Part shown: positions 47,316 to 55,840 of the stretch, piece after piece | Numbering within the stretch: position 1 is the stretch's first letter | Layout: every line of letters begins with the position of its first letter | Position numbers and translations under genes: made by a program | The notes under the pieces: model-generated | Seen by the model: only the letters and a program-made list of their open reading frames with translations | Databases searched by the model: none | What the model was told of the DNA's origin: nothing | Origin: Escherichia phage phiWec179 | Sequence record: LC739533.1 | Strand: one strand, 5' to 3' | Length of the DNA: 64,000 nucleotides

Positions 47316-47813
47316 ATGGTACAGACAATTATAGATCGGACTGGTATTGATGAATGTTACCAAACTGGGCTTGTGAAGCCTAACGAGTTCCGACAGATTT
47401 GCGTGAATCATATTGAGAAAGAAATTGCACTAACTTTGGAGAACCTTACTCTCCGAGACAAGCTGTCAATGTTTGTGGCTTGGTGTAAAGGTGAAGATTG
47501 GTTATTGGCCCATTTTCAAGAACTTTCTGATAGTCAAGAAGGCTTATATGAATGTATAATAGGAATAGCTGGCTCCAATCCTGAACTTCTCCATTTGGAA
47601 GAAGAAGAGGCGAAGTTATTGTTCTTAAGCAACATGTTCAATCGTAAAGCATTGCTTGTTCGTGAGTGTAGTGATCTTTTAAATCATCCACTGGCGATCA
47701 CAAACGAAATACTGGTTGACAAAGAGACATTACGTGCGATAGACTATCTGCGCAAGTATGTCAACGGCGGGAAAGCAGTTCTTAAAACATTAACAGAGGA
47801 GGAAGCAGAATGA
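47316..47813 (+). CDS. Hypothetical protein
   Basis: 165 aa; ATGA-coupled to HslV-like gene. Confidence 0.45.
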   Translation: MVQTIIDRTGIDECYQTGLVKPNEFRQICVNHIEKEIALTLENLTLRDKLSMFVAWCKGEDWLLAHFQELSDSQEGLYECIIGIAGSNPELLHLEEEEAKLLFLSNMFNRKALLVRECSDLLNHPLAITNEILVDKETLRAIDYLRKYVNGGKAVLKTLTEEEAE

Positions 47814-48499
47814 CTACAATTATCGCAACCAAAAACAAGATCCTTAGCGACGGTAAAGTAACTTTCGGTGGTCGTGTAGATTCAACCAATTTCAAGAAAG
47901 TACGTAAGATTGGGGATTATCTCGTAGGTGGCGCAGGGCGTTTGACTTCGGTATTAGCTTTCTTCCAGTGGTTCGAACAGAACCTGCAATGTGAAGCGGC
48001 GCGTGAGGCAGTGCCTGGGTTGATGATCAGTTCTAACCCTGATCGTGAAGATGAAGAGTTTATTGCTCTCGTTGTTCACCCAGACGGACGTATTTTCCTG
48101 CATGAAGGTAATGATCCTACTCGTGCATACCCAATCGACGAAGAATACTACGCAGTAGGTAGTGGTTCCGATTTCGCGCTCGCAGCACTGGACGGCGGTG
48201 CTTCTCCAGAAGCTGCTATGGAGGTTGCCAAGAAGCGTGACGCATACTCCGGTGGCGAAACCTTCGTTGAAGAATTAGATGAGATCATTGAACTGACTGA
48301 CGAAGATCTCGAAAACTTCACCAAACAAGAACTGATCAACCTGCTCAAGTTTGGTGATCCTTCTGGTGAAGAAACTCCTCGTGACGTGGCAGGTGACGAG
48401 ACGGTAGAAGAAGAGGTTGCTGTAGAAAAAGACTTGACTTCTAAACCGGAAAATATTAATCTCGTAAACGTAGCGGATTTCGACAATCCCGCTGCTTAA
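47810..48499 (+). CDS. HslV-like N-terminal-threonine peptidase with acidic C-terminal extension
   Basis: After Met: TTIIATKNK (Thr nucleophile position), KKVRKIGD, GGAGRLTS, AVGSGSDFALAAL, collinear with HslV; extra acidic tail. Confidence 0.55.
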   Translation: MTTIIATKNKILSDGKVTFGGRVDSTNFKKVRKIGDYLVGGAGRLTSVLAFFQWFEQNLQCEAAREAVPGLMISSNPDREDEEFIALVVHPDGRIFLHEGNDPTRAYPIDEEYYAVGSGSDFALAALDGGASPEAAMEVAKKRDAYSGGETFVEELDEIIELTDEDLENFTKQELINLLKFGDPSGEETPRDVAGDETVEEEVAVEKDLTSKPENINLVNVADFDNPAA

Positions 48500-48504
48500 T
48501 AAAA

Positions 48505-48527
48505 CTGCCCCTTCGGGGGCATTTCTT
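48505..48527 (+). terminator. Rho-independent terminator
   Basis: GCCCC-TTCG-GGGGC followed by ATTTCTT. Confidence 0.45.
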
Positions 48528-48544
48528 ACACAGAGGAGATTATT

Positions 48545-48982
48545 ATGTTGAACGTTCCTGTTAAATTCGTCGATAGCTGTGTTAATGCTTACCAACAAAC
48601 TTGTAAACGTGCCTCAAACTGTTTGCAGTCTTTGATTCAAACGCGGTACGTGATCCAAAAGAAAAGAAAGTGGTTTGGTAAGGATTCTTATAGTGTTAAT
48701 GCGTTTGGGGAGTATCAACTCCAATATGACGATAACATGCAGCACATCTTAGAGTTTTTACTGATAAAAGATAAAATCTCCCCTGCGGATTACCAGTTAC
48801 TTAAATTCTACGATCAGAGTTTGTCTATTGAGGAAGTTATTGAAGATATCCTTTCTCGTAAGACAGATAAGAACACTATTGGTATTACAAACTTAGAGAT
48901 GCAATTGCTTAATGAGATCTTTTTGTTTGTGGAAGATGAGTCTGTAACTAAGGAGGAGCTTTTAAATGGCTTTAAGCTATGA
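48545..48982 (+). CDS. Hypothetical protein
   Basis: 145 aa; RBS AGAGGAG. Confidence 0.45.
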   Translation: MLNVPVKFVDSCVNAYQQTCKRASNCLQSLIQTRYVIQKKRKWFGKDSYSVNAFGEYQLQYDDNMQHILEFLLIKDKISPADYQLLKFYDQSLSIEEVIEDILSRKTDKNTIGITNLEMQLLNEIFLFVEDESVTKEELLNGFKL

Positions 48983-49475
48983 TCGTCCAGAGTCCGATTA
49001 CTATCCGACTCCGCAAAAAGCGATTAACTCGTTATTTAGCATTATTGATTTTAAAAATTTGAAAGAGGAAGGATTTACATTTGCAGAACCGTGTAAAGGA
49101 CAAGCAGCGGCTATTTACCGTCACTTCCCTGAAGGTTCTCAGTATTGTGAGCTTGAAGAAGGTAAAGATTATTTTAGTCACGTATGGGAAAATCGTCCCG
49201 ACATTATAATCACTAACCCCCCGTTCAAGCTGGCATTAGAGTTCTTGGAAAAGAGCTTGAAAGAAGCAGACGTATCAGTCTACCTGCTTCGCTTGGGATT
49301 CCTTGAGTCAAAGAAACGTCGAGCGTTTCATCAAGAAAACCCACCTACGAATTTGATTGTACTCTCCGAACGTCCTTCGTTCGTAGCGGGTGGAACAGAT
49401 AAGACAGCGTATGCTTGGTACGTATACGATCCAAAACAAATTTTGGGTCTAACTCAACCATTTTATTTCGTTTAA
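48966..49475 (+). CDS. DNA N6-adenine methyltransferase, small phage Dam-like
   Basis: N-terminal DYYPTP and catalytic NPPF motif in 169 aa. Confidence 0.55.
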   Translation: MALSYDRPESDYYPTPQKAINSLFSIIDFKNLKEEGFTFAEPCKGQAAAIYRHFPEGSQYCELEEGKDYFSHVWENRPDIIITNPPFKLALEFLEKSLKEADVSVYLLRLGFLESKKRRAFHQENPPTNLIVLSERPSFVAGGTDKTAYAWYVYDPKQILGLTQPFYFV

Positions 49476-49485
49476 GGAGCACACT

Positions 49486-49722
49486 ATGGCTAAATTTATT
49501 ATGACCGTTTCTATTGATTTTGATGATGAGGACGGAGGCATTAACTTAGGTATTGCTCAGAACCTGGAAGGGGATTTGAACCCGACAGAAGCAGCTATGG
49601 CGGTATTCTTTAAAGATGCCATAACAGCCACAGCAACGCATTCTGCAAATCAAACTGTAGATTACGGTAGCATGGTTCAAGCCTTGGTTGATGCTCAAAA
49701 CGGTGAAGATTGGGATGATTAA
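49486..49722 (+). CDS. Hypothetical protein
   Basis: 78 aa acidic ORF. Confidence 0.4.
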   Translation: MAKFIMTVSIDFDDEDGGINLGIAQNLEGDLNPTEAAMAVFFKDAITATATHSANQTVDYGSMVQALVDAQNGEDWDD

Positions 49723-49925
49723 TGGCTTACAATTATTATTGCGTTTACGCAAATGAAGCAAAGAAAGGCGACACTGGCACTAATGTCTATGCAGAATCAG
49801 AAATACATGCAAAAGAAATTGGTGCGATCCTTCTGTCACGTTGGACAGGTGGTAACTATTCTGCTGCGGATTTGTTCGCAGAAATGGATGACACCATCCA
49901 AGAAGATACCATCACCACAACCTGA
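49722..49925 (+). CDS. Hypothetical protein
   Basis: 67 aa; overlapping start. Confidence 0.4.
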   Translation: MAYNYYCVYANEAKKGDTGTNVYAESEIHAKEIGAILLSRWTGGNYSAADLFAEMDDTIQEDTITTT

Positions 49926-49946
49926 TATTGCTTGAAGTAGTTGGTA

Positions 49947-49978
49947 CTCTCCTTGTTTCGGCAAGGAGGGTATTTTTA
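49947..49978 (+). terminator. Hairpin with T-run
   Basis: CTCCTTG-TTTCGG-CAAGGAG followed by TATTTTTA. Confidence 0.45.
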
Positions 49979-49989
49979 AGGAGGAAATT

Positions 49990-50181
49990 ATGCAGGAGAA
50001 TGAAGAGATAGTTGTTAAAAAGTTCCCGACACGTACACAGGCAGTCAACTTTGCCTCTGATTTGCTTTTGGATGTGGAAGGAGTTCTCATTAGACATGAA
50101 GGGGATTCCTGGAATGTCTCTTATAATGTAAACAGATCAATTATATATTTAGGAGAAGAGAACTTCTCTCGTATAGAGTGA
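49990..50181 (+). CDS. Hypothetical protein
   Basis: 63 aa; RBS AAGGAGG. Confidence 0.4.
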   Translation: MQENEEIVVKKFPTRTQAVNFASDLLLDVEGVLIRHEGDSWNVSYNVNRSIIYLGEENFSRIE

Positions 50182-50195
50182 TCGAAGGAGCAATT

Positions 50196-50768
50196 ATGCG
50201 TTCTACTTACACAGGTAAGATTAATTCTGGTATCATTTTAGCAGCAGCAGGAATCATCAGCAAAACTTTCAAAGTGGCAAACCTACCAGAGTGTGTAGAT
50301 TTTGACCACGTATTCAATCCATTAAATCCTTCTCGTTGTGTTGTTCGTAGCAACGTTGAGAATCCAAATGAGAACTTGTTTTATGTAACATCACCTTCAC
50401 AAAGTATTCTAAACCAAGTGGAGGCTAAAATTATTACCGAAGGTAGTTATTTCTCATTGCTACCTTGTAAATCGGTGGAGATTGAAGATAGTATCACCTT
50501 CGCAAATAACTTGGTCTTGACCATGTTCATGGTTTCTGATAAAGACTGTGGAGACGATATGGTTTTAGCTGTAAGGAATGTTTATGACACATTGGGTATT
50601 GCTTATAGCTGTAAGTTGTGCGATGATTATAAATCTTGTTCAGACTTTTACATAAATGGTGTTCGGGTATGCCGTGTTGAATCCTACTGGGTGCAAGACA
50701 CATACATAACAGTAGCGAACGTGATCAATGAACCTATGTTCAGCCACGCTTTAGCGTTAATCATTTGA
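50196..50768 (+). CDS. Hypothetical Cys-containing protein
   Basis: Start moved to ATG 50196 after RBS AAGGAG. Confidence 0.4.
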   Translation: MRSTYTGKINSGIILAAAGIISKTFKVANLPECVDFDHVFNPLNPSRCVVRSNVENPNENLFYVTSPSQSILNQVEAKIITEGSYFSLLPCKSVEIEDSITFANNLVLTMFMVSDKDCGDDMVLAVRNVYDTLGIAYSCKLCDDYKSCSDFYINGVRVCRVESYWVQDTYITVANVINEPMFSHALALII

Positions 50769-50778
50769 GGAGGAAGGA

Positions 50779-51108
50779 ATGGAAATTACTACAGAACAGG
50801 CTCTTATCGACGAAGGGCGTAAAATCTTAGAGAAGCATTTGGGAGATATACATCAAACCCCTGGCTACTTAGGGTGGCGCATGGTTGAAGCTGTAGATTT
50901 CCTTCCTCGTACAAAACAAGACGTTGAAATGCGTTCTCTGTTCTTGCTTGTCAAAGTAGACGGGGATACGCCTTTCAAACTCGCAGCTTCACACATTGAG
51001 AAGGTGGAGGAGAAAGCTTATTCAGAGTTTGCCGAACTCGTATTACAGGAGGATCTCGAAGGGAAGGTAAACATTTTTATTTTTCTGGATTTTGAGGAGG
51101 AGATATGA
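50779..51108 (+). CDS. Hypothetical protein
   Basis: 109 aa; RBS GAGGAGG. Confidence 0.45.
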   Translation: MEITTEQALIDEGRKILEKHLGDIHQTPGYLGWRMVEAVDFLPRTKQDVEMRSLFLLVKVDGDTPFKLAASHIEKVEEKAYSEFAELVLQEDLEGKVNIFIFLDFEEEI

Positions 51109-51842
51109 TTTTATATAAAGAGATTACCGTGGAGCAGGATCAAGACCTCTTCATCATCGGGGACTTACATGGTTGCTACGATCTTTACTTGAAAGGTAAG
51201 AATTATCTTGGTATCCGAGATACAGATGTGGTTGTGTCTCTCGGAGATTTGACAGATCGCGGTAAACAAAACTTCAAATGTGTTGTGGAATTTACACGCA
51301 AAGAGAATCGTTATGCGCTTTGTGGTAATCACGAAGATATGATGATTAAAGGCTTACTGGAAGGGGATCGTCGTTACTACGAATGTTGGTATCAGAACGG
51401 TGGTCATACAGTGTTGGCAGAATGTGATGAAGAAGGCTCTACATTACTTGCTACGATGGTCGAGGACAACCCTGTGGTTTTGGTTGTGAATTACCGAGGT
51501 ATGAAGTTAGGGTTTATTCATGGCGGATATCCTTCCTCTTTTGAATATATTCCGCTGACAGACATACCGCACCTACGTATGAACAAAGCAAGAGAGGCTA
51601 CTTTTGCTGAAGCTTTGATGTGGGATCGTGACATGGTGGAGTGTGCTAAAGAAGGTATGAAACTTCCGGTTGTTATGGGTGTTGATTATGTGTTTCACGG
51701 GCACTCTTATGTGAAAGAACCTTTGATCAATGCTAATCGTGTTTATATGGACACTGGGTCTGTTTTCAATAACAACTTAACGTTTGCCTATTTTGATGCA
51801 GACGGTGGACTTCAGTTTTATTCAACTTTACAGGAGGATTAA
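51105..51842 (+). CDS. PPP-family Ser/Thr protein phosphatase (lambda PPase-like)
   Basis: GDLHG, GDLTDRG, GNHE motifs in canonical order. Confidence 0.7.
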   Translation: MILYKEITVEQDQDLFIIGDLHGCYDLYLKGKNYLGIRDTDVVVSLGDLTDRGKQNFKCVVEFTRKENRYALCGNHEDMMIKGLLEGDRRYYECWYQNGGHTVLAECDEEGSTLLATMVEDNPVVLVVNYRGMKLGFIHGGYPSSFEYIPLTDIPHLRMNKAREATFAEALMWDRDMVECAKEGMKLPVVMGVDYVFHGHSYVKEPLINANRVYMDTGSVFNNNLTFAYFDADGGLQFYSTLQED

Positions 51843-52135
51843 TGTATAAAATTACAATCGTAGAATCTGTGGGTGAGATTCGTAAAGAAATTATTCTGGA
51901 GACGGAAGATCTGGAACTGGTACGTGAAATCATAATTGGTAAGAATGTAGACAAGGTGGAGTCGGACGCACCCAACCTGATGATCGATGACCAATATGCA
52001 GAATTTCGTCGTATTTTTGAGGAAGAAAGGAAGAAGTGGGGCAAAGAACCAAACGTTTTTCGTCCTTATAATCCGTATCCTTCTGGTGATCCGTGGATCA
52101 TGACTAACAGAAACCCGTTTGAAATAACCTGTTGA
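51842..52135 (+). CDS. Hypothetical protein
   Basis: 97 aa; ATG overlaps upstream stop. Confidence 0.4.
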   Translation: MYKITIVESVGEIRKEIILETEDLELVREIIIGKNVDKVESDAPNLMIDDQYAEFRRIFEEERKKWGKEPNVFRPYNPYPSGDPWIMTNRNPFEITC

Positions 52136-52143
52136 GGTGGCCT

Positions 52144-52722
52144 ATGAGCAACCTATTTTACACAGGCGTGGGAAGTCGAGAGATAACCCACGAAGAATGG
52201 GATTTAATGGTCGCTGTAGCAAAGTGGTTGGCTAACTGTGGTTTTACTTTACGTTCAGGTAATGCAAACGGTAGTGACTCTGCTTTCGAAACAGGTGTGG
52301 AAGAATCCAAAAACAAATCTCTCAAGGAGATTTATATCCCTTGGGAGAAGTTTGAAGGCAATGATATTCCAGGTGAGAAAATAGTTCTTGCTAAACCTGA
52401 CAGTATGAACTATGCTATCAGTCTCCAGTGGATAAAGGATATTCATCCGGCATTTGATAAATTGAAACAAGGTGCACGTAAATTGCATCAACGTAACGTT
52501 CATCAGGTGTTGGGACAAGATCTGGAGCATCCAATTCCTTCTTTGTTTTTACTGGCTTGTTCCAAAGAAGATAAGAAGGGAGACGTTATGGGTGGAACAC
52601 GGACGGCGTGGCTCATCGCTAAAGCTAATAACGTTCCATGTTTTAACTTACGTGGTAAAACAAAGGAAGAACTTTATGCTTTTCTTAAACCGTTGGTCAA
52701 GGGGGCAATCAGTGGCAATTAA
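52144..52722 (+). CDS. SLOG / DprA(Smf)-like Rossmann-fold protein
   Basis: GVGSR ... LRSGNANGSDSAFETG ... HQRN ... GGTRTAWLIAKANNVPCF matches DprA/SLOG pattern; start set to ATG 52144. Confidence 0.45.
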   Translation: MSNLFYTGVGSREITHEEWDLMVAVAKWLANCGFTLRSGNANGSDSAFETGVEESKNKSLKEIYIPWEKFEGNDIPGEKIVLAKPDSMNYAISLQWIKDIHPAFDKLKQGARKLHQRNVHQVLGQDLEHPIPSLFLLACSKEDKKGDVMGGTRTAWLIAKANNVPCFNLRGKTKEELYAFLKPLVKGAISGN

Positions 52723-53236
52723 GTTAAATCGTGCAAACGTAGGTAATCGTTTTAACCTTAGCCGTATAAACGAGGACGTAGATGTTACAGCAGATATTGA
52801 AAAAATCATGCAGGGTATTGTCCATCACGGTTTGCGTTTTGCCAGGGATTTGGTAATCTTCCGTTATGACGGAGAAGATGATCGTTCAAAGAATGATGGG
52901 ATTATCTTCGTAGATAAAGATTTAACCCAAGCAGATATTGAACAGATCAACCGTTATTTTATTGGTGTAGGGGATCTTCAAGACACGCAGCTTGCACGTA
53001 TGGCAGAAATTCTGGCGAATAAATTGTTGCAAGATATCGGAAAAGTTCTTGACAAAAATCCAAAACATGTTATAGTGACTATCCACAAAATGAGTTTTAT
53101 TAAGTATCTTAACAAACCTGGTAAACTGGGTTATGGATGGATACGCACAAGTGGACCACAAACCACTCTCGAAACCGAGATGTGCTATACAATTGAAGAA
53201 GTAAAACGTGAGGAGGAAGAGAATGGCGGAATTTAA
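52676..53236 (+). CDS. Hypothetical protein
   Basis: Long listed ORF trimmed to first start with RBS (ATG 52676; GTG 52712 alternative). Confidence 0.35.
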   Translation: MLFLNRWSRGQSVAIKLNRANVGNRFNLSRINEDVDVTADIEKIMQGIVHHGLRFARDLVIFRYDGEDDRSKNDGIIFVDKDLTQADIEQINRYFIGVGDLQDTQLARMAEILANKLLQDIGKVLDKNPKHVIVTIHKMSFIKYLNKPGKLGYGWIRTSGPQTTLETEMCYTIEEVKREEEENGGI

Positions 53237-53513
53237 TGAAGTGAAAAGTTACGAAAGCAATTTCGTAAGCAATTGGGAAGCATGGGATGAGATGGGTGTT
53301 GGTGAACTCTATTTCTACAATGTAACCCTTCGTCCAGAATATCAACATCTCATTCCAGAAGGCACTGTGCAGATCGGTATGTTCATGTCTTCTCAAGACG
53401 GTGTTGTGCAGTTTGAGTTTTACTCTGACACAGAACAGAACGAATTCACTTATCGTGCATTCAATATCGTATTAGCTTTAGGAGAGGAGAAATTTTATGA
53501 CGACGAAGTATAA
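53223..53513 (+). CDS. Hypothetical protein
   Basis: Start set to ATG 53223 after RBS GAGGAGGAAG. Confidence 0.4.
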   Translation: MAEFNEVKSYESNFVSNWEAWDEMGVGELYFYNVTLRPEYQHLIPEGTVQIGMFMSSQDGVVQFEFYSDTEQNEFTYRAFNIVLALGEEKFYDDEV

Positions 53514-53694
53514 AACAGTAGCAGAAGCACTGAAAGCAGCACACGAAGCCATTGCAGAAGCTGAACAATTGGCTGATGAAACTGGCACAAGTTTTCACTT
53601 CTCTGTTGAATATGGGATGGGTGGTACTTATGACCCAGAAGATGAGAACGAATACACTGGGACCAACTGGCACCCATCTTCCCTCGGTTGTTAA
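53497..53694 (+). CDS. Small Cys-terminated protein, paralogue 1
   Basis: N-terminal alanine-rich helix, Gly/Tyr/acidic core, C-terminal W-x-P-SS-x-x-C. Confidence 0.45.
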   Translation: MTTKYKTVAEALKAAHEAIAEAEQLADETGTSFHFSVEYGMGGTYDPEDENEYTGTNWHPSSLGC

Positions 53695-53708
53695 TAAGGA
53701 GAAATAAA

Positions 53709-53927
53709 ATGAGTGATCGTAATGCACAAGCATTAGCAGACAAAGCAAAAGAAATCATGAAGCTTGTGGATGCACTGGCAGCAGAAGCAGAAAAGGAAGG
53801 TTTCGGTCTTAGCTTAGAAAACAATACAATCTGTTTTGAAGATTGGCAGTCTTCTGCTTGCTATGGCGAAGCTGATGATGGTTTCACCGTTGACTCTGAC
53901 GGTGTTTGGTATAGCAGTAATTGTTAA
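53709..53927 (+). CDS. Small Cys-terminated protein, paralogue 2
   Basis: Same architecture as 53497-53694; ends ...VWYSSNC. Confidence 0.45.
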   Translation: MSDRNAQALADKAKEIMKLVDALAAEAEKEGFGLSLENNTICFEDWQSSACYGEADDGFTVDSDGVWYSSNC

Positions 53928-53936
53928 GGAGGGATC

Positions 53937-54206
53937 ATGTCAGAAGGTAGTGCCTTAATCAAGGCAAAAGTTAAAGAGATGGAAGAATCACAACAGAAGT
54001 TCCGCAACGAGATTGAAGAGCTTTGTGAGCAGTTCCAAGAACAAGCGTGGATCGGTGATTACGGGAATGGGGAAACTTACTACCCAACAGGAACAAACGC
54101 AGAAGAACATTATCTCACCTATATCTGCGGAGACTATGATATTGAGATTGACGAAAACGGTCTGATGACCGAAGGTCTTTGGGTGTCTTCCTCGGAAATG
54201 TGCTAA
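53937..54206 (+). CDS. Small Cys-terminated protein, paralogue 3
   Basis: Same architecture; ends ...LWVSSSEMC; followed by strong terminator. Confidence 0.45.
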   Translation: MSEGSALIKAKVKEMEESQQKFRNEIEELCEQFQEQAWIGDYGNGETYYPTGTNAEEHYLTYICGDYDIEIDENGLMTEGLWVSSSEMC

Positions 54207-54214
54207 TAAATAAT

Positions 54215-54238
54215 AACCCGCTTCGGCGGGTTTTTTAT
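54215..54238 (+). terminator. Rho-independent terminator
   Basis: CCCGC-TTCG-GCGGG followed by TTTTTTATT. Confidence 0.7.
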
Positions 54239-54247
54239 TGTGTGAGT

Positions 54248-54276
54248 GTTGACAAGACACGAAGAACCTGGTAGAC
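54248..54276 (+). promoter_or_regulatory. Sigma70-like promoter
   Basis: TTGACA -35, 17-nt spacer, TAGACT -10. Confidence 0.5.
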
Positions 54277-54305
54277 TTGTCTCATCAACTAAGAGAGGAG
54301 GATAT

Positions 54306-55244
54306 ATGAAAGTATTAATCGGTAGTCGTGCGTTGGAAATGATTTGTCGTTCTCGTGGTGTAGAACTGTATCGTGCTTGCGTAGATCTGGATTACCTCTG
54401 CACTGAAGAAGAGTGGCAAGCAGAAGCCCAGAAATTCTCGAAAGATCGTTTCGTAGAAATTGTTGAACGTAAAGGTAACAAAGGGCATATCAAAATGATC
54501 GCGGGCGCTCATCTGGAATATGATATTGCACAACCAGGCGACTCTACAGATGCTTTGATTCAATACATCAAAGAGAATGCAGATCATCTGCCGCGTATTG
54601 GTTATGATGTGGTCGCGCCTTTGGATGTTTTATACCTTCTGAAGATGAGTCACCGTTTTAAGAAGGACAGTCCTCACTTCCTGAAAACAATGAAGGATAT
54701 CCACTTCATGCGTAACCTTGGAGCGAAGATCCCTGAAGAGTTGGAAGATACATACAAACTGCGTCAGAAGGAGTCCTATAATTACGGGCACCCTAATCTG
54801 AACGTGAAAAGTAAAGATTTCTTCAAGGGTGATGAAGTGCCTTATGTGTATGATCACGATAGCCTGCACAGAGTTTTAGCTGTAATGGAGGAACCAGCTT
54901 ACACGAACTACCTAAAGGATGGTAACGAGGTAATGACAAGTAAAGATAAGTTCTATGCTGTTGACGAAACTACCAGATTGCTTGGGGTGTTAGAGGAGAG
55001 TTTGGTTCTGGCTTCGGAAAGGTGTCTAATACCTTTCAACTACAGTGTTACAGGGAAGAAGGCATTTCTTATGGCTTTGACTAAAGTTTGCACTTCTATC
55101 ACATCGGGCTACTTTCGAGAATATGCTTATGAAAAGTTCTTCCTTGTGTGTAAGGTATACGATAATATGTATCCTAACGACGAGTGGGTGGATACGTTAA
55201 GACAAGCCATAGATAAGGGGGCTGTTGATGTATATAAAGCATAA
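54306..55244 (+). CDS. Hypothetical protein, possible nucleotidyltransferase fold
   Basis: N-terminal LIGSRALEM ... CVDLDYL loosely resembles the GS...DxD signature of Pol-beta-type nucleotidyltransferases; weak. Confidence 0.3.
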   Translation: MKVLIGSRALEMICRSRGVELYRACVDLDYLCTEEEWQAEAQKFSKDRFVEIVERKGNKGHIKMIAGAHLEYDIAQPGDSTDALIQYIKENADHLPRIGYDVVAPLDVLYLLKMSHRFKKDSPHFLKTMKDIHFMRNLGAKIPEELEDTYKLRQKESYNYGHPNLNVKSKDFFKGDEVPYVYDHDSLHRVLAVMEEPAYTNYLKDGNEVMTSKDKFYAVDETTRLLGVLEESLVLASERCLIPFNYSVTGKKAFLMALTKVCTSITSGYFREYAYEKFFLVCKVYDNMYPNDEWVDTLRQAIDKGAVDVYKA

Positions 55245-55839
55245 ATATTTAGGAATCACAGACGAAGACTCCAAAGATGGAGAATTCGTCTACACGATCA
55301 CAGCAGCGAATGGATACTACCAGACCCGTATAGGGGGTTTATGGAGAGCTTTAAATGCGCGGGTAGGTAAGGGATCATACACAAACGTATGTGTAGATTT
55401 TAAAGATTTCAAAGAGTTTGCCGAGAGTGTAACAATATTAGCCAATTATAAAACATTAGATAGTTATGGGAACCACTATCACTTAGATAAAGACTTAAAA
55501 TGTTACAAGAAGGATAAATCTTACAACAAAGATTCAGTGCTGTTTATCCCTGGGCACTTAAATACCGCCTTGAAAGGTGTGATCCCTTACTTGGAGTGTG
55601 GGGCTACTTGTGGAGTCAGTTTTAGTAAGATTCGGAATAAGTTTCGAGCCTACTGTAATGATGGCGGTAGTAGACAGATACATTTAGGGTACTTCGAAAG
55701 TAAAGAAGCTGCTCAAAAAGCTTGGGTATTGGAGAAGATAAATCAAATAAAACGTTCCTTAATCAAAGAGAACATCTCGGACGAAGATATTTTGTATTTT
55801 ACGGGTGTTTTGATAAGCGATTTAGAAGGAGGTTATTGA
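55228..55839 (+). CDS. HNH homing endonuclease-like protein with AP2-like domain
   Basis: GNHYHLDKD ... N ... PGHLN HNH-like core plus FRAYCNDGGSRQIHLGYFESKEAAQKAW AP2-type element. Confidence 0.45.
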   Translation: MYIKHKYLGITDEDSKDGEFVYTITAANGYYQTRIGGLWRALNARVGKGSYTNVCVDFKDFKEFAESVTILANYKTLDSYGNHYHLDKDLKCYKKDKSYNKDSVLFIPGHLNTALKGVIPYLECGATCGVSFSKIRNKFRAYCNDGGSRQIHLGYFESKEAAQKAWVLEKINQIKRSLIKENISDEDILYFTGVLISDLEGGY

Positions 55840-55840
55840 T

